Source: Eledone cirrhosa
Taxonomy: Eukaryota
DNA: 64,000 nucleotides
Direction: 5' to 3'
Assembly: GCA_964016885.1 (NCBI GenBank)
Contig: OZ024742.1
Coordinates: forward strand, 164,734,001-164,798,000
Made by a program: the position numbers and the translations under genes. Below the pieces are notes generated by a model. The model was given only the letters and a program-made list of their open reading frames with translations, had not been told where the DNA came from and searched no databases. Within the stretch, counting starts at the first letter, position 1. Each line of letters starts with the position of its first letter. Positions 1-11,100 of this stretch are shown here, piece after piece.

Positions 1-1560
1 TTTTACAAACTATCTCCCCCTGATTTTTTTTTACGAATTATCTCCCCCTGATTTTTTTTTACAAATTATCTCCGCCTGATTTTTTTTTTAAAATTATCTC
101 CCCTTGAACGGCTGGAAATTATCTCCCCTTGGACGGCTGGAAATTATCTCCCCTTGGACGGCTAGAAATTACCTCTCCTTGGACGGCTGAAAATTATCTC
201 CCCTTGGACGGCTGCAAATTATCTCCCCTTGATTTTTTTAACAAATTATCTCCCCCTGATTTTTTTTTACAAATTATCTCCCCCTGATTTTTTTTTACAA
301 ATTATCTACGCCTAATTTTTTTTACAAATTATCTCCCCCTGATTTTTTTTTACAAATTATCTCCCCCTGATTTTTTTTACAAATTATCTCCCCCTGATTT
401 TTTTTACAAATTATCTCCCCCTGATTTTTTTACAAATTATCTCCCCCCTGATTTTTTTTACAATCTCCGCCTGATTTTTTTAAAAATTATCTTCCCTTGG
501 CTGGCGGGAAATTATCTCCCCTTGGACGGCTGGAAATTATATCCCCTTGGAAGGATGGAAATTATCTCCCCTTGGACGGCTGGAAATTATCTCCCCTTGG
601 ACGGCTGGAAATTACCTCCCCTTGGACAGCTGGAAATTATCTGCCCTTGATTTTGTTTTTACAAATTATCTCCCCCTGATTTTTTTTACAAATTATCTCC
701 ACCTGATTTTTTAAAAAATTATCTCCCCTTGGACGGCTGGAAATTATCTCCCCTTGGACGGCTGGAAATTATCTCCCCTTGATTTTTTTTACAAATTATC
801 TCCCCCTGATTTTTTTTTACAAATTATCTCCCCCTGATTTTTTTTTACAAATTATCTACCCCTGATTTTTTTTTACAAATTATCTCCCCCTGATTTTTTT
901 TACAAATTATCTCTCCCTGATTTTTTTTTACAAATTATCTCCCCCTGATTTTTTTTTACAAATTATCTACCCCTGATTTTTTTTTACAAATTATCTCCCC
1001 CTGATTTTTTTTACAAATTATCTCCCCCTGATTTTTTTTACAAATTATCTCCCCCTGATTTTTTTACAAATTATCTCCCCCCGATTTTTTTTACAAATTA
1101 TCTCCGCCTAATTTTTTTAAATATTATCTTCCCTTGGCTGGAGGGAAATTATCTCCCCTTGGACGGCTGAAAATTATCTCCCCTTGGACGGCTGGAAATT
1201 ATCTCCCCTTGATTTTTTTACAAATTATCTCCCCCTGATTATTTTTTACAAATTATCTCCCCCTGATTTTTTTTTACAAATTATCTCCCTCTGATTTTTT
1301 TTACAAATTATCTCCCCTTGGCTGGCTGGAAATTATCTCCCCTTGGAGGCTGGAATTTATCTCCACTTGGACGGTTAGAAATTACCTCTCCTTGGACTGC
1401 TGGAAAATATGTCTCCTTGGACGGCTGGAAATTATCTCCCCTTGGACGGCTGGAAATTATCTCCCCTTGGACGGCTGGAAATTATCTCTCCTCGGACGAC
1501 TAGAAATTACCTCTCCTTGGACAGCTGAAAATTATCTCCCCTTGGACGGCTGGAAATTAT
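1..1560 (+). repeat. Higher-order copy of about 8170-9730 (offset about 8,169)
   Basis: ORFs 497/8666 and 1318/9487 are both 8,169 apart. Shared rare variants are ACAAACTATC (about 5 and 8174), GGCTGGAGGG (about 1136 and 9305) and CTCCACTTGG. Confidence 0.9.
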
Positions 1561-2659
1561 CTCCCCTTGGACAGCTGGAAATTATCTCCCCTTGGACGGC
1601 TAGATATTACCTCCCCTTGGACGGCTGGAAATTATCTCCCCTTGATTTTTTTTACAAATTATCTCCCCCTGATTTTTTTTTACAAATTATCTCCCCCTGA
1701 TTTTTTTTTACGAATTATCTCCCCCCGATTTTTTTTTACAAATTACCTCCGCCTGATTTTTTTTTAAAAATTATCTCCCCTTGAACGGCTGGAAATTATC
1801 TCCCCTTGGACGGCTGGAAATTATCTCCCCTTGGACGGCTAGAAATTACCTCTCCTTGGACGGCTGAAAATTATCTCCCCTTGGACGGCTGCAAATTATC
1901 TCCCCTTGATTTTTTAACAAATTATCTCCCCCTGATTTTTTTTTACAAATTATCTCCCCCTGATTTTTTTTTACAAATTATCTCCCCCTGATTTTTTTTT
2001 ACAAATTATCTCCCCCTGATTTTTTTTACAAATTATCTCCCCCTGATTTTCTTTACAATCTCCGCCTGATTTTTTAAAAAATTATCTTCCCTTGGCTGGC
2101 GGGAAATTATCTCCCCTTGGACGGCTGGAAATTATCTCCCCTTGGACGGCTGGAAATTATCTCCCCTTGGACAGCTGGAAATTATCTGCCCTTGATTTTG
2201 TTTTTACAAATTATCTCCCCCTGATTTTTTTTACAAATTATCTCCACCTGATTTTTTAAAAAATTATCTCCCCTTGGACGGCTGGAAATTATCTCCCCTT
2301 GATTTTTTTACAAATTATCTCCCCCTGATTTTTTTTACAAATTATCTCCCCCTGATTTTATGTTACAAATTATCTCCCCCTGATTTTTTTACAAATTATC
2401 TCCCCCTGATTTTTTTTACAAATTATCTCCGCCTGATTTTTTTAAATATTATCTTCCCTTGGCTGGCGGGAAATTATCTCCCCTTGGACGGCTGGAAATT
2501 ATCTCCCCTTGATTTTTTTTACAAATTATCTCCCCCTGATTTTTTTTTACAAATTATCTCCCCCTGATTTTTTTTTACAAATTATCTCCCCCTGATTTTT
2601 TTTTACAAATTATCTCCCCCTGATTTTTTTTTACAAATCTCCCCCTGATTTTTTTATAA

Positions 2660-2900
2660 ATTATCTCCCCTTGGCTGGCTGGAAATTATCTCCCCTTGGA
2701 GGCTGGAATTTATCTCCCCTTGGACGGCTAGAAATTACCTCTCCTTGGATGGCTGGAAAATATGTCTCCTTGGACGGCTGGATATTATCTACCCTTGGAC
2801 GGCTGGAAATTATCTCCCCTTGGACGGCTGGAAATTATCTCCCCTTGGACGGCTAGATATTACCTCCCATTGGACGGCTGGAAATTATCTCCCCTTGATT
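2660..2900 (+). repeat. Example of recurrent A-run cassette 'P' (8-9 ordered variant monomers)
   Basis: Fixed order GGCTGGCTGG, GGAGGCTGGAATTT (24 bp), CTAGAAATTACCTCTCC, GGAAAATATGTCTCC (24 bp), GGATATTATCTACCC, ..., CTAGATATTACC. It recurs dozens of times as the 'AGWKLSPLGGWNLSP' ORFs. Confidence 0.9.
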
Positions 2901-2989
2901 TTTTTTACAAATTATCTCCCCCTGATTTTTTTTTACGAATTATCTCCCCCTGATTTTTTTTTACAAATTATCTCCGCCTGATTTTTTTT

Positions 2990-3150
2990 TAAAATTATCT
3001 CCCCTTGAACGGCTGGAAATTATCTCCCCTTGGACGGCTGGAAATTATCTCCCCTTGGACGGCTAGAAATTACCTCTCCTTGGACGGCTGAAAATTATCT
3101 CCCCTTGGACGGCTGCAAATTATCTCCCCTTGATTTTTTTAACAAATTAT
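2990..3150 (+). repeat. Example of recurrent cassette 'R' (5 A monomers)
   Basis: Fixed order TTGAACGG, consensus, CTAG..ACCTCTCC, CTGAAA, CTGCAAA, then a B monomer ending TTAAC. Also seen at about 100, 1780, 4235, 7100, 8270, 10260, 12250 and 21020. Confidence 0.9.
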
Positions 3151-3359
3151 CTCCCCCTGATTTTTTTTTACAAATTATCTCCCCCTGATTTTTTTTTACA
3201 AATTATCTACGCCTAATTTTTTTTACAAATTATCTCCCCCTGATTTTTTTTTACAAATTATCTCCCCCTGATTTTTTTTACAAATTATCTCCCCCTGATT
3301 TTTTTTACAAATTATCTCCCCCTGATTTTTTTACAAATTATCTCCCCCCTGATTTTTTT

Positions 3360-3620
3360 TACAATCTCCGCCTGATTTTTTTAAAAATTATCTTCCCTTG
3401 GCTGGCGGGAAATTATCTCCCCTTGGACGGCTGGAAATTATATCCCCTTGGAAGGATGGAAATTATCTCCCCTTGGACGGCTGGAAATTATCTCCCCTTG
3501 GACGGCTGGAAATTACCTCCCCTTGGACAGCTGGAAATTATCTGCCCTTGATTTTGTTTTTACAAATTATCTCCCCCTGATTTTTTTTACAAATTATCTC
3601 CACCTGATTTTTTAAAAAAT
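3360..3620 (+). repeat. Example of recurrent cassette 'Q' (4-7 A monomers with fixed flanking B variants)
   Basis: Order ACAATCTCCGCC (deleted core), CTTCCCTTGGCTGGCGGG, TTATATCCCC, GGAAGGATGG, ..., GGACAGCTGG, CTGCCCTTGATTTTGTTTTT, CTCCACCTGA. It recurs as the 'AGGKLSP..WKDGN' ORFs. Confidence 0.9.
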
Positions 3621-6600
3621 TATCTCCCCTTGGACGGCTGGAAATTATCTCCCCTTGATTTTTTTTACAAATTATCTCCCCCTGATTTTTTTTTACAAAT
3701 TATCTCCCCCTGATTTTTTTTACAAATTATCTCCCCCTGATTTTTTTTTACAAATTATTTCCCCCTGATTTTTTTACAAATTATCTCCCCCCTGATTTTT
3801 TTTACAATCTCCGCCTGATTTTTTTAAAAATTATCTTCCCTTGGCTGGCGGGAAATTATCTCCCCTTGGACGGCTGGAAATTATATCCCCTTGGAAGGAT
3901 GGAAATTATCTCCCCTTGGACGGCTGGAAATTATCTCCCCTTGGACGGCTGGAAATTATCTCCCCTTGGACAGCTGGAAATTATCTGCCCTTGATTTTGT
4001 TTTTACAAATTATCTCCCCCTGATTTTTTTTACAAATTATCTCCACCTGATTTTTTAAAAAATTATCTCCCCTTGGACGGCTGGAAATTATCTCCCCTTG
4101 ATTTTTTTTACAAATTATCTCCCCCTGATTTTTTTTTACAAATTATCTCCCCCTGATTTTTTTTTACAAATTATCTCCCCCTGATTTTTTTTTACAAATT
4201 ATCTCACCCTGATTTTTTTTTTAAAATTATCTCCCCTTGAACGGCTGGAAATTATCTCCCCTTGGACGGCTGGAAATTATCTCCCCTTGGACGGCTAGAA
4301 ATTACCTCTCCTTGGACGGCTGAAAATTATCTCCCCTTGGACGGCTGCAAATTATCTCCCCTTGATTTTTTTAACAAATTATCTCCCCCTGATTTTTTTT
4401 TACAAATTATCTCCCCCTGATTTTTTTTTACAAATTATCTACGCCTAATTTTTTTTACAAATTATCTCCCCCTGATTTTTTTTTACAAATTATCTCCCCC
4501 TGATTTTTTTTACAAATTATCTCCCCCTGATTTTTTTTACAAATTATCTCCCCCTGATTTTTTTACAAATTATCTCCCCCCTGATTTTTTTTACAATCTC
4601 CGCCTGATTTTTTTAAAAATTATCTTCCCTTGGCTGGCGGGAAATTATCTCCCCTTGGACGGCTGGAAATTATATCCCCTTGGAAGGATGGAAATTATCT
4701 CCCCTTGGACGGCTGGAAATTATCTCCCCTTGGACGGCTGGAAATTACCTCCCCTTGGACAGCTGGAAATTATCTGCCCTTGATTTTGTTTTTACAAATT
4801 ATCTCCCCCTGATTTTTTTTACAAATTATCTCCACCTGATTTTTTAAAAAATTATCTCCCCTTGGACGGCTGGAAATTATCTCCCCTTGGACGGCTGGAA
4901 ATTATCTCCCCTTGATTTTTTTTACAAATTATCTCCCCCTGATTTTTTTTTACAAATTATCTCCCCCTGATTTTTTTTTACAAATTATTTCCCCCTGATT
5001 TTTTTACAAATTATCTCCCCCCTGATTTTTTTTACAATCTCCGCCTGATTTTTTTAAAAATTATCTTCCCTTGGCTGGCGGGAAATTATCTCCCCTTGGA
5101 CGGCTGGAAATTATATCCCCTTGGAAGGATGGAAATTATCTCCCCTTGGACGGCTGGAAATTATCTCCCCTTGGACGGCTGGAAATTATCTCCCCTTGGA
5201 CAGCTGGAAATTATCTGCCCTTGATTTTGTTTTTACAAATTATCTCCCCCTGATTTTTTTTACAAATTATCTCCACCTGATTTTTTAAAAAATTATCTCC
5301 CCTTGGACGGCTGGAAATTATCTCCCCTTGATTTTTTTTACAAATTATCTTCCCCTGATTTTTTTTTACAAATTATCTCCCCCTGATTTTTTTTTACAAA
5401 TTATCTCCCCCTGATTTTTTTTTACAAATTATCTCACCCTGATTTTTTTTACAAATTATCTCTCCCTGATTTTTTTACAAATTATCTCCCCTTGGCTGGC
5501 TGGAAATTATCTCCCCTTGGAGGCTGGAATTTATCTCCCCTTGGACGGCTAGAAATTACCTCTCCTTGGACGGCTGGAAAATATGTCTCCTTGGACGGCT
5601 GGATATTATCTACCCTTGGACGGCTGGAAATTATCTCCCCTTGGACGGCTGGAAATTATCTCCTCTTGGACGGCTAGATATTACCTCCCCTTGGACGGCT
5701 GGAAATTATCTCCCCTTGATTTTTTTACAAATTATCTCCCCCTGATTTTTTTACAAATTATCTCCCCCTGATTTTTTTTACAAATTATCTCCGCCTAATT
5801 TTTTTAAATATTATCTTCCCTTGGCTGGCGGGAAATTATCTCCCCTTGGACGGCTGAAAATTATCTCCCCTTGGACGGCTGGAAATTATCTCCCCTTGAT
5901 TTTTTTTACAAATTATCTCCCCCTGATTTTTTTTTACAAATTATCTCCCCCTGATTTTTTTTACAAATTATCTCCCCCTGATTTTTTTACAAATTATCTC
6001 CCCTTGGCTGGCTGGAAATTATCTCCCCTTGGAGGCTGGAATTTATCTCCCCTTGGACGGCTAGAAATTACCTCTCCTTGGAAGGCTGGAAAATATGTCC
6101 TTGGACGGCTGGATATTATCTACCCTTGGACGGCTGGAAATTATCTCCCCTTGGACGGCTGGAAATTATCTCCCCTTGGACGGCTAGATATTACCTCCCC
6201 TTGGACGGCTGAAAATTATCTCCCCTTGGACGGCTGGAAATTATCTCCCCTTGATTTTTTTTACAAATTATCTCCCCCTGATTATTTTTTACAAATTATC
6301 CCCTGATTTTTTTTTTACAAATTATCTCCCCCTGATTTTTTTTACAAATTATCTCCCCCTGATTTTTTTACAAATTATCTCCCCTTGGCTGGCTGGAAAT
6401 TATCTCCCATTGGAGGCTGGAATTTATCTCCCCTTGGACGGTTAGAAATTACCTCCCCTTGGACGGCTGGAAAATATGTCTCCTTGGACGGCTGGAAATT
6501 ATCGCCCCTTGGACGGCTGGAAATTATCTCCCCTTGGACGGCTGGAAATTATCTCTCATCGGACGGCTAGAAATTACCTCTCCTTGGACAGCTGAAAATT

Positions 6601-8184
6601 ATCTCCCCTTGGACGGCTGGAAATTATCTCCCCTTGATTTTTTTTACAAATTATCTCCCCCTGATTTTTTTTTACAAATTATCTCCCCCTGATTTTTTTT
6701 TACAAATTATCTCCCCCTGATATTTTTTACAAATTATCTCCCCCTGATTTTTTTACAAATTATCTCCCCTTGGCTGGCTGGAAATTATCTCCCCTTGGAG
6801 GCTGGAATTTATCTCCCCTTGGACGGCTAGAAATTACCTCGCCTTGGACGGCTGGAAAATATGTCTCCTTGGACGGCTGGAAATTATCTCCCCTTGGACG
6901 GCTGGAAATTATCTCCCCTTGGACAGCTGGAAATTATCTCCCCTTGGACGGCTAGATATTACCTCCCCTTGGACGGCTGGAAATTATCTCCCCTTGATTT
7001 TTTTTACAAATTATCTCCCCCTGATTTTTTTTTACAAATTATCTCCCCCTGATTTTTTTTTACGAATTATCTCCCCCCGATTTTTTTTTACAAATTATCT
7101 CCCCTTGAACGGCTGGAAATTATCTCCCCTTGGACGGCTGGAAATTATCTCCCCTTGGACGGCTAGAAATTACCTCTCCTTGGACGGCTGAAAATTATCT
7201 CCCCTTGGACGGCTGCAAATTATCTCCCCTTGATTTTTTAACAAATTATCTCCCCCTGATTTTTTTTTACAAATTATCTCCCCCTGATTTTTTTTTACAA
7301 ATTATCTCCCCCTGATTTTTTTACAAATTATCTCCCCCTGATTTTTTTTACAATCTCCGCCTGATTTTTTAAAAAATTATCTTCCCTTGGCTGGCGGGAA
7401 ATTATCTCCCCTTGGACGGCTGGAAATTATCTCCCCTTGGACGGCTGGAAATTATCTCCCCTTGGACAGCTGGAAATTATCTGCCCTTGATTTTGTTTTT
7501 ACAAATTATCTCCCCCTGATTTTTTTTACAAATTATCTCCACCTGATTTTTAAAAAAATTATCTCCCCTTGGACGGCTGGAAATTATCTCCCCTTGATTT
7601 TTTTACAAATTATCTCCCCCTGATTTTTTTTACAAATTATCTCCCCCTGATTTTATGTTACAAATTATCTCCCCCTGATTTTTTTACAAATTATCTCCCC
7701 CTGATTTTTTTTACAAATTATCTCCGCCTGATTTTTTTAAATATTATCTTCCCTTGGCTGGCGGGAAATTATCTCCCCTTGGACGGCTGGAAATTATCTC
7801 CCCTTGATTTTTTTTACAAATTATCTCCCCCTGATTTTTTTTTACAAATTATCTCCCCCTGATTTTTTTTTACAAATTATCTCCCCCTGATTTTTTTTTA
7901 CAAATCTCCCCCTGATTTTTTTATAAATTATCTCCCCTTGGCTGGCTGGAAATTATCTCCCCTTGGAGGCTGGAATTTATCTCCCCTTGGACGGCTAGAA
8001 ATTACCTCTCCTTGGATGGCTGGAAAATATGTCTCCTTGGACGGCTGGATATTATCTACCCTTGGACGGCTGGAAATTATCTCCCCTTGGACGGCTGGAA
8101 ATTATCTCCCCTTGGACGGCTAGATATTACCTCCCATTGGACGGCTGGAAATTATCTCCCCTTGATTTTTTTTACAAACTATCT

Positions 8185-11100
8185 CCCCCTGATTTTTTTT
8201 TACGAATTATCTCCCCCTGATTTTTTTTTACAAATTATCTCCGCCTGATTTTTTTTTTAAAATTATCTCCCCTTGAACGGCTGGAAATTATCTCCCCTTG
8301 GACGGCTGGAAATTATCTCCCCTTGGACGGCTAGAAATTACCTCTCCTTGGACGGCTGAAAATTATCTCCCCTTGGACGGCTGCAAATTATCTCCCCTTG
8401 ATTTTTTTAACAAATTATCTCCCCCTGATTTTTTTTTACAAATTATCTCCCCCTGATTTTTTTTTACAAATTATCTACGCCTAATTTTTTTTACAAATTA
8501 TCTCCCCCTGATTTTTTTTTACAAATTATCTCCCCCTGATTTTTTTTACAAATTATCTCCCCCTGATTTTTTTTACAAATTATCTCCCCCTGATTTTTTT
8601 ACAAATTATCTCCCCCCTGATTTTTTTTACAATCTCCGCCTGATTTTTTTAAAAATTATCTTCCCTTGGCTGGCGGGAAATTATCTCCCCTTGGACGGCT
8701 GGAAATTATATCCCCTTGGAAGGATGGAAATTATCTCCCCTTGGACGGCTGGAAATTATCTCCCCTTGGACGGCTGGAAATTACCTCCCCTTGGACAGCT
8801 GGAAATTATCTGCCCTTGATTTTGTTTTTACAAATTATCTCCCCCTGATTTTTTTTACAAATTATCTCCACCTGATTTTTTAAAAAATTATCTCCCCTTG
8901 GACGGCTGGAAATTATCTCCCCTTGGACGGCTGGAAATTATCTCCCCTTGATTTTTTTTACAAATTATCTCCCCCTGATTTTTTTTTACAAATTATCTCC
9001 CCCTGATTTTTTTTTACAAATTATCTACCCCTGATTTTTTTTTACAAATTATCTCCCCCTGATTTTTTTTACAAATTATCTCTCCCTGATTTTTTTTTAC
9101 AAATTATCTCCCCCTGATTTTTTTTTACAAATTATCTACCCCTGATTTTTTTTTACAAATTATCTCCCCCTGATTTTTTTTACAAATTATCTCCCCCTGA
9201 TTTTTTTTACAAATTATCTCCCCCTGATTTTTTTACAAATTATCTCCCCCCGATTTTTTTTACAAATTATCTCCGCCTAATTTTTTTAAATATTATCTTC
9301 CCTTGGCTGGAGGGAAATTATCTCCCCTTGGACGGCTGAAAATTATCTCCCCTTGGACGGCTGGAAATTATCTCCCCTTGATTTTTTTACAAATTATCTC
9401 CCCCTGATTATTTTTTACAAATTATCTCCCCCTGATTTTTTTTTACAAATTATCTCCCTCTGATTTTTTTTACAAATTATCTCCCCTTGGCTGGCTGGAA
9501 ATTATCTCCCCTTGGAGGCTGGAATTTATCTCCACTTGGACGGTTAGAAATTACCTCTCCTTGGACTGCTGGAAAATATGTCTCCTTGGACGGCTGGAAA
9601 TTATCTCCCCTTGGACGGCTGGAAATTATCTCCCCTTGGACGGCTGGAAATTATCTCTCCTCGGACGACTAGAAATTACCTCTCCTTGGACAGCTGAAAA
9701 TTATCTCCCCTTGGACGGCTGGAAATTATCTCCCCTTGATTTTTTTTACAAATTATCTCCCCCCGATTTTTTTTTACAAATTATCTCCCCCTGATTTTTT
9801 TTTACAAATTATCTCCCCCTGATTTTTTTTACAAATTATCTCCCCCTGATATTTTTTACAAATTATCTCCCCCTGATTTTTTACAAATTATCTCCCCTTG
9901 GCTGGCTGGAAATTATCTCCCCTTGGAGGCTGGAATTTATCTCCCCTTGGACGGCTAGAAATTACCTCGCCTTGGACGGCTGGAAAATATGTCTCCTTGG
10001 ACGGCTGGAAATTATCTCCCCTTGGACGGCTGGAAATTATCTCCCCTTGGACGGCTGGAAATTATCTCCCCTTGGACGGCTAGATATTACCTCCCCTTGG
10101 ACGGCTGGAAATTATCTCCCCTTGATTTTTTTTACAAATTACCTCCCCCTGATTTTTTTTTACAAATTATCTCCCCCTGATTTTTTTTTACGAATTATCT
10201 CCCCCTGATTTTTTTTTACAAATTATCTCCGCCTGATTTTTTTTTTTAAATTATCTCCCCTTGAACGGCTGGAAATTATCTCCCCTTGGACGGCTGGAAA
10301 TTATCTCCCCTTGGACGGCTAGAAATTACCTCTCCTTGGACGGCTGAAAATTATCTCCCCTTGGACGGCTGCAAATTATCTCCCCTTGATTTTTTTAACA
10401 AATTATCTCCCCCTGATTTTTTTTTACAAATTATCTCCCCCTGATTTTTTTTTACAAATTATCTACGCCTAATTTTTTTTACAAATTATCTCCCCCTGAT
10501 TTTTTTTTACAAATTATCTCCCCCTGATTTTTTTTACAAATTATCTCCCCCTGATTTTTTTTACAAATTATCTCCCCCTGATTTTTTTACAAATTATCTC
10601 CCCCCTGATTTTTTTTACAATCTCCGCCTGATTTTTTTAAAAATTATCTTCCCTTGGCTGGCGGGAAATTATCTCCCCTTGGACGGCTGGAAATTATATC
10701 CCCTTGGAAGGATGGAAATTATCTCCCCTTGGACGGCTGGAAATTATCTCCCCTTGGACGGCTGGAAATTACCTCCCCTTGGACAGCTGGAAATTATCTG
10801 CCCTTGATTTTGTTTTTACAAATTATCTCCCCCTGATTTTTTTTACAAATTATCTCCACCTGATTTTTTAAAAAATTATCTCCCCTTGGACGGCTGGAAA
10901 TTATCTCCCCTTGGACGGCTGGAAATTATCTCCCCTTGATTTTTTTTACAAATTATCTCCCCCTGATTTTTTTTTACAAATTATCTCCCCCTGATTTTTT
11001 TTTACAAATTATCTACCCCTGATTTTTTTTTACAAATTATCTCCCCCTGATTTTTTTTACAAATTATCTCTCCCTGATTTTTTTTTACAAATTATCTCCC

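Larger units (their letters stand above)
2990..5450 (+). repeat. Tandem duplication of a ~1.23 kb higher-order unit (also present at about 35130-37590)
   Basis: TTGAACGG at about 3005 and 4237 (1,232 apart). ATCTCACCCT at 4201 and 5431 (1,230 apart). ORF pairs 3398/4630 and 3841/5071. Confidence 0.88.

Noticed and set aside
505-520. Hairpin GGGA-AATTATC-TCCC or GGA..TCC dyad in the core
   Set aside because: The stem is only 3-4 bp, which is expected by chance and too weak to call a structure.
781-1120. Rho-independent terminators or Pol III terminators at the T tracts
   Set aside because: No GC-rich hairpin precedes the T runs and no upstream gene exists. The tracts are simply part of monomer B.
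1318-1330. TTGGC motif as a Caenorhabditis pairing-centre (HIM-8/ZIM) site
   Set aside because: It occurs only in entry monomers, lacks the characteristic paired spacing, and nothing indicates a nematode source.
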